From Hormiphora californensis (lineage: Eukaryota > Animalia > Ctenophora): a stretch of DNA of 64,000 nt. Below the pieces are notes generated by a model that saw only the letters and a list, made by a program, of their open reading frames with translations, was not told the origin of the DNA and made no database searches. Positions 1 to 13,699 of the stretch are shown in pieces. Each line of letters opens with the position of its first letter. Position 1 is the first letter of the stretch. Where the stretch lies: the NCBI GenBank assembly GCA_020137815.1, contig CM035362.1:3224001-3288000 (forward strand), read 5' to 3'. The translations under genes were made by a program, and so were the position numbers.

Positions 1-1154
1 AGTTCTACTTGGATAGGCCGCCAAACATCACCTTAAACGCTCCAAGGAGTTATGACTCCTTGGAGCGTTTGAGGCGATATTTTTTGCATCTAATGCATCT
101 ATAGTCCAAATCGCAGCACTAACAAACAAGGACATCTCTAGGACATTATCGAATACTATAGAGTGTTGTATGAAGAAGAGAATATAACTGTCTGGGCTGT
201 GACACATGCCACCTAGTCGGATAAATATCACTGATTTATTAGGGGATCCACCCCTCCTACGCATTAACGTCATTCTGCCAAGAGTCGTGACTCAAGAATA
301 GAATCAAATCTATGAACTTCATTTTAGTCGAAAGGGCTTTGAATCTATCATAATAAATGTAAAATATATTCCACCGGATGGAAAGGACAAAAAAGTAAGT
401 ATTTTGTGACTGTGCAACAAGCTCCCTCATGCTAGCTTTGGTGAGACATCCCTGACACATTCTAATGTAATGAGAGGGTGGCCATCCGTAGCTTAAATTG
501 GGGCAATAACTCTCCCCAGCTCTCTACCATCCTCCTACAGCTCTTGAATGAATATGGTAACTCTCCTTCTCTCTCTCTCCTCTTTTTCTTTGCCTCTCAT
601 GTTCGGTTCTCTCCCTTCCCTCTGAGTTAACGAATTCTCTGATTCAATTAAGAAAAGTATAGGCTAGAGGGAACAGGGGGACAGCTATAACAGCATGATT
701 TATTTAAACAACAGAACCCTCATTGAGACAACAAAACTATATGCTTGGTAAGAAACAGAAAGTGAAACAACCTGATGTTACAGGTATGAATTACTGAAAA
801 CTGAGTTTCAGTCACGGCTGCTTCCCCCATTGTCTCCAAAAAACGCGACACTGAAACCATATAATGCTTTAAGACGTGAAGTTGAAATAACTTTAAACTT
901 TTCAAGAAAATAAAGTTTTTCATGCGTTTTCTGCAAGAAAGTATGTTATAGATGGAATTGTAACAATAGAATTTCTATTAGAGATCAGACAGTGATATAA
1001 AACATTGCAGGTGTTATAGAAGCAAAGTTAAAACACCACATCAACACAGACTGGATTGCACTTGCAGTGGGTTGTGAACATTTTGTCATGAGTAACAAGG
1101 CTGCTTGCAGTAGGAAGAATTAGGTATCGTTTAAATACTGTACCAGAAGCTGAA

Positions 1155-1543
1155 GGGCCCCCGTAATCCGCTGCCTTAGGCAGCGGATTACGGGGGCCCG
1201 GATGAGATGCCCATACCAGACGCCCGTACCAGCAGCCCGTACATCTGATTTGCGCAATAATGAAAGGTCACGTGATAAGACCTAGTGCACAGGGATAGCC
1301 TGTGACTGCGCACATGTGATAGATAACAGCCAATCAGAATGCAGCTAGTGAGTGAGAGAGAGCAAGATAGTAACACGCGGCGCATTGGCACGTGCATCTT
1401 GGGCGCTGGCAGGATTTTACATGCTGTAACATATTACAGCCAATCAGAATGCAGCTAGTGAGTGAGAGAGAGCAAGAGAGTACGGGCTGCTGGTACGGGC
1501 GGTTGGTCCGGGATATTTTTCTGCCCCCGTAATCCCCTGACTA
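1155..1543. mobile_element. Small TIR element (possibly PIF/Harbinger-type MITE) with an adjacent palindrome
   Basis: Palindrome gggcccccgtaatccgctgcc-tta-ggcagcggattacgggggccc at 1155-1199. Its right half is inverted again at about 1523-1543 (gcccccgtaatcccctgactaa). Internal IR cgcccgtaccagcagcccgtac/gtacgggctgctggtacgggcg and a 41-bp internal direct repeat (1326, 1436). TTA/TAA flanks. Confidence 0.5.
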
Positions 1544-2815
1544 AGTATATAATTCACCTTTAATTTGATCTCCCATTCTATTGTCTGGTATCATATGATG
1601 TATGTGGTTGATTGGACCACAAAGACCTGTGAATTAGTTATTGATTAGAAAGATATCATCAAAATGTTCTGAATATGGAGGACCCGATAGTGATTTAACT
1701 TTCGTTCCATTCAACCAAGATCTTGATTGTATCATAATTGAACCACAAAGGTCGGGAAAATAGCTAAAATATGGAAAAAGTAAAACGAGTTTCGTTTTGA
1801 GGTAACGCTGGTTCAGCACGAAAATGTGAAAAGAAAAACTTCTTTACATGAATAATAGATAACGATAGATATCTGGGACACTCTACAGTCTACTCTTTGC
1901 CACACAACAATGGATTGAACCAAAACATCTAAGGCAGCGTATTACGGGGTCCCATCTGTAAGAACAGGAGTTATAAGCCAAAAAAGTGAAAAATCGATTG
2001 TTACAAGCTTCAAATTGCGTGTTTTTTTTGTAAACACACACACACACACACACTCGGTGTGATTTTTTGTGCGTGCCACACGCAAAAGTACAAAATTTCA
2101 TAAATCGGTATATGCACAAACGGATCTTTCGGGCTCGTAATTCCCCCTTGTAACAGTAGTGCTTAGTCATGTTGGCCACACGCACACTGCACAGCGCCCC
2201 CCATGCGTCGTTCCCAGCGTCTAAAACTAACAATGTGTGCTTTCTCCGCGTTTTGGACGAGCTGGTCGAACCACGCGGGGTACGGGGGCGTTGTGTGCGT
2301 GGCGAGTATGACGGTGCACAGCTGTTGTGCATATATGCAGTTGCACCTTGTTGAGTCAAGGATCATAACTTTACGTAACAAGCTGGGACCGCAATACACC
2401 TTTTGGTCACGCTTGGATGTATACCAAGTATATATCTTGAAACTTCTAAAGAACTGAATTTATTAAAAGCGTTAGAAGGGCGTGTAATAATACTTCAGCG
2501 GTGTTCTAGGCAAATTAAGCAAAATGAACAATTACAGCCGTATATTATTGTCTATGACATTGATAATTTGAAACATAGCATTGTTGTCAATGTTTACAGC
2601 TATATGTATGCACAGAATAAACTAAAGTTCATTGTTCGATTTCTACAAGCGTCTTAATGAACTCTCTGACTTCAGTGCAGTCAATAAATAAGTTAGACTT
2701 AGATGGCTCGAGTTATCGGCTGATGTTCTTATCAGATTAGTCATATAATATCATCGAGTCTATCAGCTGATGTATCACGATGTTCTTGTCTATACGAGGA
2801 TCTTCAGAAAACTCT

Positions 2816-5800
2816 TCAGAAGGTTGGGATACTGATGAGAGGGGCGCTGATCTGGGATTTCACTCGGAGTTTCTCTCGGAATTTCACCATTTCGTTCAGT
2901 TTGTCCGTCAACAGCTTGTTCCTCCCAAAGTAGACGAGGGGATTGAGGGCACTGAGGGACAGAGTTAGTAGACGAGAGGAGGGGATTGAGGGCACTGACA
3001 AGGGAGGGAGGGGATTGAGGGCACTGGTAATGGAGGGGATTGAGGGCACTGATAATAGAGGGACAGAGTTAGATAAACTCAAATTAGGGAGGCCCTTCGG
3101 TGCAGATTCCATTCTTTTTCGAATATGATATAAGAATGAATAGTTGGATATCAGATATATTGAAAACACTTAAATTCTGAAGATGTAAGTTGTATTTTAA
3201 ACTTTTGAAATTGATGAATACCTGCTGACAGTGGTCATAAGGGTAAGGTAGAGGAAGAAGTAATGCTTGAATCCACCGCTCATCTTACCCATCAAAGAGC
3301 TGAAAATACATTACTGGATAATTAATATGTGAAAAGTATAATGAAGCATTGACTGCATTGATAAAGGATTTATACCCATCTTTTGTTTAAAATTGAAGCC
3401 GGATACGAAAATAATTGACCAAAATGAGTTCTAACTAACAGGAATCGTTTAGTTCAAACCCTCGTTATTTTGAGACAGGGTCGAACAAGGCAAACTTCCA
3501 GGTAGGGAATAGGGTCACTGCTCTGACAGGTCCTACGTGTACTTACAGGTATGGGATGGCGGATGTGTACTCAAATAGAGTTTCAGTGGTGAGAACCCAC
3601 CAAGGCAAATAGCACACCACATAACTGCAACAATGAGTATATTGGGTTAGAGAAACTTATCAAGTTACAAATATATAATTGAAACGAATTTGTGGGTTTT
3701 GGAATTTACTGTAACTAAATCACGATATCATCGGCGATAATACCAATAGCCATAGTTATGAGGAAACTGATGTAGGATTGGTGAGCCTTACAGAAGAACG
3801 AGATATGTGATTGTGATAGCTGCTTGTATTTGAGGGTCCACTTTCGGCTTTTTATCCGCCCCTTTCTTCTTTATCAAAGCACCTGAAACATAAACATTGG
3901 ATTATGGCCTATGTTTCCTAAACTTGCAAGCAAAAGCGATAATAATTTCCATCAAAAACAGCAAACATCTTCTGCTATAAGTTCCAATTACCTCGCTGTT
4001 TTTGTTCCTCTTCTTTCTCTTACCTCGCTGTTTTTGTTCCTCCTCCTTCTCTTACCTCGCTGTTTTTGTTCCTCCTCCTTCTCTTACCTCGCTGTTTTTG
4101 TTCCTCTTCTTTCTCCTTGACCCTGTTCACCAGCCTCACAACCACAGCAGTACTAAAGGCCACCATGATGAGTCCCGGTGCTAGCACCATCAGCTCCACC
4201 AGGAAGAAGTAGGCAGTTCCAATGCTCTCTGGGTTGGAAATCTACCAGGGGGGCGGTGGGTTTAGATTAACATCCATACCCCGACTCACCTGTCAGAGCA
4301 TTGGCCTGACCCTATTCTCATTTCTCTCAAATGCGCACGAGAACTGTGGTCAGAGCATTGGCCTGACAGCGACTCACCGCTCCCTGATTTACCGGTCCCG
4401 GATTTACATATTGTATATGTGTTTAGGAATGAGTTTGGAAATTGAGGTATTTAATCGAAAGAACTGTTAGGAAGAAATAATAGCCTAATGTTTTTATCGA
4501 CGTTCGACTATCAATGTGTCAGCAATATTATACCTTGTTGCCCCTCTCACACCGCCTCTCTCCAGTGGTAAGGAGAGTCCCCTCTTCACACTCCGGTGCA
4601 ACCAAGGACTCGATGCTGTAGTGGCAGGCAGAAAAGTCTTTGTCGAGGGTGTAGATAGGTCCTGAAAAGTCAATACATGGATCATATTAATAGGGGAGGA
4701 TACTGGTCAGACTCTTTTTTTCACAAAATTTCAGATAAAGAGGGCCCTTCAACAATATGTTAATATCATATCTCCAAGATGAGTGGCACATGCTGAATGA
4801 ATGCACCCGCACCAAATCAGCTCGAGACCGCCTAACAGATCAAGACAGAACCTCCTTTCGTGGTCATGTCTTCCCCTCACATATCAATCATCATCTCTCT
4901 CACCTAATTCACACCATCATCAACCCATAATACACACACTACCACCGCCCACCATACCTCTCCTCTCAACCCCCTGAACCCTCTCTCTACCCCTCCTACT
5001 CCAACTTTTTTACCTATAGTTATATGACAATAATATTATTGTTAAGTACTTTTTAATTTGAATCTCTCTTGAATCTCTATTGAGAGAAATTCAGATGTCA
5101 ACTAATTGGATCATTTCAACAGAAGAGGTTACTGTGGAAAGACTTTCTCTTCCATAATCCATATTATTAGGCCTTTATATCGTGGTCTTTGGACAATATC
5201 GAATACCATATTGAGTAGACGTGTATTTCTTTGTAAATTCATTCATCAAAATACCTTTCAACAATTTCACCCCTTAGTCAACAATATTAGATTGAGTAGT
5301 GTGTACATTTGTCAACTTCATCAAAATACCTTTCAAGATGAATGGAAGAACGGAAACGAGGAGACTAAGAACATGGCACACTCCAACCGTAATCTGCATT
5401 CGTAGAGGAGTGACCTGAAATTTAAACAAATAAATTTAAATAAATATCATCTAAATCGATATGAAAATCGCTATTCATGATACCATCAAATGTTGCTCTT
5501 ATTGATCTGATTCAGGCTTATTGATCTGATTCAGAATAAATTATACCAATAAATAATTAATTAACTTTATCAACTTACAATAAGTTAATATTATAACATA
5601 GGTAATTATTGTAACTTACAATAGATTTGTACTTGAATGGTATGAAGATGGCAATGAATCGATCCAGGGCTCCCACGGCAAGAAATAGGAGGATTGCCCT
5701 GGAAGCGTAGTTGAAGAAGAATCCAACTATATTACACATAACCTTCAATCCTTCATCTGTCTCTGAAAATGTTAATTAATTTTTTTTCTCTATTTCTCTA

Positions 5801-6330
5801 TGTGTGGGACTATCCTCTATTGGAAGCGCCAATTCTCTAAATAAAACTTGATCAACATCCTTCATACCAATACGTGGTATGGAGGATAAACCCGGGTTTA
5901 TCCTCCCAGTAAATTGGGGGGGGGGGGGTTCCAGTAAATTGGGGTCCTACTGTACCTTGTTTGTAGATGCTGTCTTGTAGAACTCTATCAGAAAGTAAGA
6001 TGGTAATTGAGAAAGGGAGAACGACATAAATCATGATATTATCACACAGGCACAGGTTGAAGAGCACCAATAGGTTATTGTTGGTGAGAATTAGGTTCTT
6101 TTTCAGCTTCATAAAGACTGCCAGAGTCAGGCTGTTTGCTGCGGGTGGGAAGTTGAAGTAAGTCTTAATATCCCCTTGTGTATAATGCTTCATCATTGTC
6201 GTTTAAAAATTAGTAAATTACACTTTTCGTATTTATAACTGGAGAAAAACAATTAGGTATATATGTATTTAGAAAAACCTACCTACGAGTCCAGCCAAGA
6301 GAACCAGAATGAACGCCACACAAAAACCCT
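2816..6330 (-). CDS. Multi-exon rhodopsin-like (class A) GPCR, 5' end not resolved
   Basis: GT-AG exons about 6330-6283, 6138-5956, 5762-5620, 5414-5330, 4661-4534, 4241-4088, 3882-3792, 3624-3547, 3299-3222, 2951-2816. They give TM1 LLAGLVANSL, TM2 FNLCLCD, TM3 C..LDRFIAIFIPFKY, TM4, TM5, TM6 YVVCYLPW and TM7 SALNPLVY. One phase mismatch between the 4088 and 3882 exons needs a 1-nt correction or an alternative donor. Confidence 0.85.
2936..3056 (-). repeat. Four copies of the splice acceptor plus first about 15 nt of the last GPCR exon
   Basis: ggggattgagggcactg occurs at about 2938, 2980, 3010 and 3035; on the minus strand it reads cag|tgccctcaatcccc. Confidence 0.8.
3989..4116 (-). repeat. 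32-bp tandem repeat (4 copies) spanning an exon end and splice donor
   Basis: Unit tacctcgctgtttttgttcctcYtcYttctct starts at 3989, 4021, 4053 and 4085; on the minus strand it reads ...cagcgag|gtaag. Confidence 0.9.
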
Positions 6331-8256
6331 AGAGGTAAGAATCAAAAAAAAAAAAAAGGTTAAAAAGGGAATTATAATTTATAATTTTGGGGCACTTAAC
6401 GGGGCGGGGGTGGGGAGCCCGAAAGCCCCGGGGTTTGATCCTCCAAGACGAGTATATTATAAGGGAATTATAAAATCATTGTGATTTTCAAATTCCATTT
6501 TTAAATCAAAATAAAAATTTTTGAGTAGAAACGGGTTTAAACTTGAATTTCCGACCCCTTCCCCAAACCATGATGGTGAATCCTAAAATACAACAATAAA
6601 AAGGGATCAAAAAAAGGGGTTAGGGTTCTAACCATTTTAAATTTTTCCCGGGGATCTGCAAGACAAGGAGCTAGGCAAAAAAGGTATACTATTCAAAAAG
6701 TAAACAGTTACTCAAATCAATTTACTCAACATTGCAATGAAGATAACTTGCACTTTTCGGATCTCGGGTTCCGAAAATGAGTGGACGGACTATCCGATAA
6801 ATCCCAAAGTTCTTCAGAACATCAGCTTAATAGGATACTAATCATGAGTAGATAAAGATTATGCACCAGACATTATGAATCGAAACCCCAATAAGAATGA
6901 ATACTTAATTTAAGGGAAGACCGGAAAAGCCCCTAGTATAGGATCAAACGGCAATTATAAGTCAAACAGGGATATTAGCAGAGAACGAAAGAAGAAAGGA
7001 GGGGGGAAGAGACAATTGAGAAGACGCAGAAAGAGGCGAGAGACGAGCGACTGAAGACCGACACTGGATGTTGATTAGATGAAAAGAGCCAGGAGAGAGC
7101 AGTAGAGGTAGCGAGGAAAGAGAGGAGAAGGAGAGAAGAGAGGGGGAAAGAGAGAGAGGAAGAGAAAATTTTTGCAGCGCCCGATAAAGGAGACCCCCCC
7201 CCCCCCAGAGGGGGGAAAAGAGAGAGACATGAGCGAGGATCTGAGATGGGGGAAAAGGGGTGATGGCCCGGAGTGGGGGAAAAAGGACAGAGATCCTGAT
7301 TCTCGGCGGATAATGTCATGGTTAATAACGATCATGATCCATAAATGCAGATATTACCTGCCTCTCAACGCGGTCTCACAGTCTCCTCACAGATAAGAGC
7401 ATCATAGAGTTATTATGTATTATGTTATTTAACTTATAGACTCAGATTATGTAATTTAGCTTTATAAACGGAGAGGCATTATTACAAGGTGACTGCAGTA
7501 CAGGTGTATAATACATGTATAATATAATTGCAACTTGCAAGTGTACAAAGGACGAAGGACCACGTGGCGTTATATATTCATACGAATGTGGTATATGCAT
7601 GTCTACGATTTACGAATATACCTATGCCATTTATTTTATCTGCATGCAAATAGAAAACATGGACTATGCTACTACAGCTATAGTATACATGCAGTTATGA
7701 GGATATAACTCTATCTCACTCCCTAGGTATAATAGTACTAGGTAGAAAGGCAGAGAAAGAGAGAAGTATACACAGATAAAGAACAAAACAATTAAAATCG
7801 ATTGTACTGTAGTATTTCAGTCTGTCTCTCGATTGCACTTCAATTATTAATTGCCTTATGATTTCACCACAACGTCAGGGCCGTTTCTACATAGAAGTTA
7901 CAACAAAATCTCACGACCACATACAATAAGAGATGTATATACCTCTCTCCCATGTGTGTATGGAGGAGCTCTCCGTTATAAGAGTGTGTGTTAAACGTAT
8001 ATACAAGCGCGCTCTAAACAATGTGAAATACAATTCAATAGTCTACTACAACTGCGAGTGCTTGGGTTTTCAAGCACAGTCACACACTATCTCACGAGAC
8101 AATCACTTGAATTGTTCATACTTTCTTTTTGTTCTAAACATGTGTGCAGAGCACGAACACAGTGTCAGGCGACTCAAACTATCACAAGGGATTGCTTGTG
8201 GTTTCAATTTCACGAGACTATCGCAAGGGAGTGGGAACATCATATCTACAACACTA

Positions 8257-8981
8257 GGGTAGAAAGGGGTAAAATGGCACACTTTCTAACGTTTTAGGTT
8301 CTAAAATACTCAATTTATACAGCAAGAAGAAAAAAAATTATATAGGCTATCCAATGAAACGTTTTCCTTTCAGACGAGCTAAATTTTAAAATCTGAAAGT
8401 TTTATTTAATAGCTTAATTAATCAATTCAAAAAGTTTGGTAGGGCTTTTTTTGGAAATTTTGCACTGGGGTAAAATGGTCCAGCCAATAGCATTGCTCGA
8501 TTTTTATCACGTGCCTGGTGTTGTTAGAGCACTGGGGTAAAATGGTCCATGTTATCTTCAGTAATTTCTGTTCTGCTGGACCATTTTACCCCAGTGTGCT
8601 GGACCATTTTACCCCAGTTGGTATCACGTGGTATTGGAGGCTCGATTTCATTGGTCCCAGGGTGAACCATTTTACCCCAGCGAGGGTGAACCATTTTACC
8701 CCAGTTTGACTAATTTGACAATTTAATCAACTTAATAGTGGGTTTTTTGAAAAATTTTTATACCAAGTTTTAGAAGGATAAAAACCCTAACTGGCAGTTT
8801 TTGCAAAATTAAAATCGGCCAACTCAAACAGAAATTACAGCAGTTTTAAAGCAAAAATTCGGAACAGAACGAGCAGGTCTCCGCTGGAGAAAAAGTCACG
8901 TGACTACATGTAATAACTAGGACCATTTTACCCCATACATGTGCCATTTTACCCCGTGTGCCATTTTACCCCTTTCTACCC
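8257..8981. mobile_element. Non-autonomous Tc1/mariner-pogo-type element
   Basis: 26-bp TIR gggtagaaaggggtaaaatggcacac / gtgtgccattttacccctttctaccc with TA on both sides. About 10 internal copies of ccattttacccc in both orientations. Confidence 0.85.
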
Positions 8982-9100
8982 TACCCTAAAATTCATACAT
9001 GAATGTGGACAGGATACCTTTCACAATAGGATTACAACTACACAAAGATCTCTTTCTATTCTCTCTATATGATTCAATGTGAAATGTGAATTCATCATAC

Positions 9101-9211
9101 CAGGAACCGACCGAAACAAGTAAACAACCAATCAGAACTCGTTATTTAGGTCACGTGACTGGTCATCATCCAATCAGGGACCAGTATATTTCCTGATTCG
9201 GTCGGTTTCTG
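9101..9211. mobile_element. About 110-bp hAT-like MITE (family A)
   Basis: TIR caggaaccgaccga..tcggtcggtttctg and core gtcacgtgac. Flanked by a 13-bp direct repeat gaattcatcatac. Confidence 0.85.
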
Positions 9212-9504
9212 GAATTCATCATACCGTGACACATTCTCTTCTTCCATGTGCACACGTGTGTGAGCATCTTTTCCGAAATAAGCATCCCTAAAACTAAAAC
9301 TGATATCATAGAGACGTCTATAGATAATGGCGTGAACAGCAGAAGGTATCTTGATGACGCTATATAATCTCAACGAGAGCAGAAAATTAGAAGTGACAGA
9401 TATAAAGTTAGCATCTAGAAGAACAAAAAACAGCGACTGGATATATTTTTGGATATATGTGTTATAAAAATGAATGTAAAAAAGACTCGAGCTGCCAAAC
9501 CGCG

Positions 9505-9515
9505 GAGAGATAGAT

Positions 9516-9548
<33 letters not shown>

Positions 9549-9568
9549 TAGAAAGAGAGAGAGAGATA

Positions 9569-9605
<37 letters not shown>

Positions 9606-9620
9606 GGAGAGAGAGAGATA
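9505..9620. repeat. (GA)n microsatellite
   Basis: Imperfect GA/GATA run. Confidence 0.9.
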
Positions 9621-9859
9621 AAATAAAAAAGACGGAGAACGAAGGGATAGCTCAGAGGAAATTACACGAATAATAGTGAGTACGAATTGTAGCGAGTTCG
9701 CAAACTCATTAGCCACATACATAATTAAAGTTGGAGCTATCTCTTTGTCTATTTCTCTATCTCTCCCCCTCTCTCTCTTCCCCCTTCCACACACACACAT
9801 ACACACAAACTCTCATGGCCAGACCGCAGCTCTCTTCAGATGTATATACAACACATACG

Positions 9860-10680
9860 CGTTGTAAATTGTGTGTCCCAACTCATGAATTGCAGTTTTG
9901 TGAGTTGGATGGCTGATTTCCTAACGCGTGATTTGTTTTTCAACTCATCACTTTATTGTAGGGATGGTGTGCATTTGAATAAATATGGTTACTCGGTCTT
10001 AGGGCTTGTCTGGAGAAAGTTACACCTCATCAGCATGGGTTCGTACCACTGAAGTCATGTACGACCCAACTGATCGAGTTTAACTGTGAGCTAGCAATAA
10101 ATTTAAACCAACACTTGCAAACAGATATTATATATTTTGATTTTCAAAAGGCTTTTGACAGCGTATCACACGATGTCATACTTGAAAAACTTAAAGTCCA
10201 GTATAACATAAACGGTAAAATGTTGCAATTTCTTAAAGCGTACTTATCTGGACGTCGACAGAGAGTAGCATTAGATGGTGAATTCTCGGAATGGTCTAAT
10301 GTTAAGAGTGGAGTCCCTCAAGGATCCATCCTCCGTCCATTCCTTTTTGTTCTTTTTATAAATGATATAGTTGAGGCCATTGGGGATGAAGGAGAAACCA
10401 ATATAAAGCTATATGCAGATGATCTAAAAATCTGGAGGACGATTAAGAATGAAAATGATAGTCTCCAGCCTGATATTGATAGATTGGTTGAGTGGAGTGT
10501 GAAAAATAAAATGAAGTTCCACCCTAATAAATGTAAACTTCTTAGATGTACCTTGAAGCATAAGCCTGTTAACCTAAAATATTACTTAGGAAGTAGTGAG
10601 ATTCAACAATGTACAAATGAAACTGACCTGGGGGTGATCACCAATAGAAAATTATCGCCTCTAGAACGCCAAAACATGAT
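9860..10680 (+). mobile_element. Degraded CR1/L2-type LINE fragment (esterase-like ORF1 remnant plus reverse transcriptase)
   Basis: ORF 10115-10753 contains YFDFQKAFDSVSH, SGVPQGSIL.P.LF..FIND, YADD and MKFHPNKCK. The upstream frame has the SGNH-esterase-like RDGVHLN..G motif. The endonuclease is missing. Confidence 0.85.
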
Positions 10681-11631
10681 ATATATCGATTTTTATCCTT
10701 TTTCAAATCAAATCAAATCACAATGCGACGAGAGCTTGGTTATAGAGAAATGAAATGTAGCTGAGAGAGAACAGGAGGGAGAATGAATGAGAGAAAGGCG
10801 TCGAGTTCAATGCGGGTCTTTTGTCCAGGAAAAATACCATGTTTGACATTGTCAAAAAGATTATGTTGAATTGAATGTTAAAATGAGTATGCCTTTTACC
10901 GAAGGAACCGAAGATGTCTTAACAACAAAAGAAGCTTGCTCCAGCTTCTTGGTTTCTTCTTGTGCTCATGAATAAATTCATATCTTGGGCCTCAGTGCAT
11001 GTAAATTTTGAGTACTATAAGAGGGGTCTTGAAACTCCATCCTCATGAGCACTGCTGACCCTTTCTCGCACACTGTGAGAGTAGCAAGCTGCTAGTGGTC
11101 AGACATCGCACTGACAGCCAGCTGGGCAAGCAATCTCAAGGAACAATTATCGGCCTAATAATGAGATGTCTGAAAAACAAAGGGGAAAGAAGTATACAAT
11201 GACTCGAGATCAGGGCTCCAAATGTGAACAATGAGAAGTATATATCAACCCGAAAAAGGAGAAGTGCAGTGTACAGCAGCAGATGTGTGTGCCGAATGAC
11301 ATGTTTTTTGTTCTCATCCGACTCATGAATTGTAGTTGACCCTATAGGTAAGTGTGTATCTAGTACCGTGTACCAGTTGTCATACACTGACTGTACATCG
11401 CGGTGCGAAGAGGAGGGTCTTATATGAGACAATGTACCAGCTGGTATGAAGGTATGTGGAAACCTCAGGAAGCTAAATGCTAGAAAATCAATATGTCGTG
11501 ATGAAACATCAAAATATGTTACATTAACTGTACTATAGCCCAAACTATAGCTATTTATTCCAAGAACTATTTATTCCAGGAAACCCAGTTTGTAATAAGG
11601 AATTTTAAGAAGTTTAAATGTTTAGCATATA

Positions 11632-12387
11632 ACGGGTGATAACTAAAAGATGTCACAAATTTAAAACAGCTGTAGAATTTTTCCCTTTTGAGATACAGCT
11701 TCGGGCCAGTTATAGAACGATTTTTCAGACAATTTTGAATCGCAATAGTATACCGGCAAAACCTAAAAAGTTCATTTTTATTGCGATATCTGATCATTTC
11801 ATCTTATCCCACCAAAGCATGTAGTACGGAGATTTGAAACTTCTATGTGATCAGAAATGACTTTCCCGATGAGATAAAATTCTAATAATTGGAGGTTTGG
11901 TTGTTCATGCTATAGTCAACATAACTGCCAAGTTTGAACATTTTAGCTCATTAAGAAATTGGTTTTCACGGTCATTAATGTTTCAAGAGATCGTCGAAAT
12001 GGCGATTTCTCAAATTACCTGTAAACTACGCTTTGTTACAGAAGATTCTGATCAGGAAATTGAGATTTATGAAGTTTGAAACAAAGTTAATTTCGTTCAA
12101 AATTGTCTGATAAATCATTCTATCACTGTCCCGAAGCTGAATCTTGAACAGAACAGGTGCTAGAGGTGCTAGAAAAGTGTGTAAATTTCACGTACTAAAT
12201 GCTTTGGTGGGGCAAAAGGAAATGATGTGATATCGCAATGAAAACGAACTTTTTAGTCTTTGCCGGTATATTATTCCGATTCAAAATTGTCTGAAAAATC
12301 GTTTTATAACTGGCCCGAAGCTGTATCTCAAAAGGGAAAAATTCTACAGCTGTTTTAAATTTGTGACATCTTTTAGTTATCACCCGT
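11632..12387. mobile_element. Non-autonomous Tc1/mariner-like element with about 200-bp TIRs
   Basis: acgggtgataactaaaagatgtcac... (11632-11830) is inverted at 12190-12387. TA on both sides. The mirror ORFs MITKRCHKF... are by-products of the TIRs. Confidence 0.85.
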
Positions 12388-12497
12388 TATCTGTAATGGT
12401 ACAAGAACTAACAGCTTATAAGCTTGTATGTAATATACACAAATGTTTGGGATAGCAAATACAAGTTTGTGGCATGCAGCGGGTCGTGCATGTATTG

Positions 12498-12762
12498 CCA
12501 TTATAATAATTCTTAGTCTAAGCGCTTAGTCTAACACGGTCGCTTGTAGTGGGAAAACGGTAATGGAAAACTGAGATACAGTAAGACGATGCGCAACCGT
12601 GGCCAATCAGGGCGTTAGTACGTGCTGTACACATGCACTTTTTGCCGCGCATTATGCAACGTGCGCGTCTCATTACTGTATTTCTATTACGGTAATACGA
12701 CTACAAGCAGCACTGATAAGCGCTTAGTCTAAGCGCTTGGTCTAAGCATTATTATAATGGCC
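12498..12762. mobile_element. Small TIR element; present as a collapsed palindrome in paralogous units
   Basis: Ends gccattataataa / ttattataatggc with internal taagcgcttagtc repeats. A second full copy is at about 34687-34942. Short palindromic forms at about 16697, 22717-22772 (perfect), 25459 and 38859. Confidence 0.6.
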
Positions 12763-12791
12763 TTTAATCATTTAATCATTTCCTTTGTTGC

Positions 12792-13685
12792 TAGGGTCTA
12801 ACGGTGTATAACTATAAGGTCCAAATGAGGCACGGAGTTTTTCTGAATCAGCTTTTCAAGACGAATCCAACGCAACCGGAATTAGCTTTCTATCTTATCG
12901 GGAAGGTGTGGTTCACTTTTTTCATTTTTAGCCGCACGAGCCAATCAGAGGCTGGATTTCGAAATTCTGGCCTCTGATTGGCTCGCATGGAAAAAAGACT
13001 AAAAATGAGCGTGTGAACCGAACCTTCCCGATAAGATAGAAAGCTAATTCCGGTTGCGTTGGATTCGTCTTGAAAAGCTGATTCAGAAAAGGTCCGTGCC
13101 TATTTGTCCATTCGGAGCTGTTTTGAAACAAAATCTCAAAAATGTGTCCCCTAGGATGTCTAGAGGACACCTTTTACTGCAATCTGACGACTCGAAAATT
13201 TTCGAAGAGTTTGAGTAGCGCTGCCGCAAGCGGCCGGAAATTATGCGAACGTTTGCGAATGTCTGCAATGATTCGCGATATCATATCATGCGATTTTTTG
13301 CGATTTTATGCGATTTTTTGCGAATTTGGCGGAGAGTATCCGTAATGAATTAGCAATTCATTCGCATGGATCGCAATTAGTAGCAAAACATTGAATTCGT
13401 TTGCATTCTATCGCATTTATTAGCAAGTGGTGGCAAACAATCGCATTATGTCGCAATCGCATTATCGCATTTTATCGCAACTATTTGCAATCAATCGCAA
13501 ACATTTGCATTGGATCGCAAACACTCGCACAATTTTAGGCCGGATGCGGCAGCTCTGCATTCATTCAAGATGTTATTCTAAGGTGATTCCCCTCTAGTTA
13601 TGATGTCGTCAACATATTCTAGGGGCACATTTTTGAATTTCAAAAATTTTGATAAATAGGGAATTATATACACCGTCAGACACTA
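12792..13685. mobile_element. Non-autonomous hAT element with an internal 270-bp hairpin
   Basis: TIR tagggtctaacggtgtata / tatacaccgtcagacacta and perfect 8-bp TSD tttgttgc (12784-12791, 13686-13693). Internal palindrome at 12829-13100 and a tcgca/tgcga-rich tract. Confidence 0.85.
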
Positions 13686-13699
13686 TTTGTTGCATCAAC

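Noticed and set aside
1-1830. Possible exons and a 16-bp-stem hairpin at 35-70
   Set aside because: Splice-like signals exist, but no consistent frame or recognisable domain; the hairpin has no supporting context.
6340-7320. Purine-rich ORFs and the missing GPCR 5' exon
   Set aside because: The sequence looks low quality, with inflated homopolymers; no reliable exon could be built.
10980-11470. Cys-rich coding-like stretch (GKCVSSTVYQLSYTDCTSRCEEEG)
   Set aside because: Multiple stops and frame changes; may be a decayed gene but cannot be assigned.
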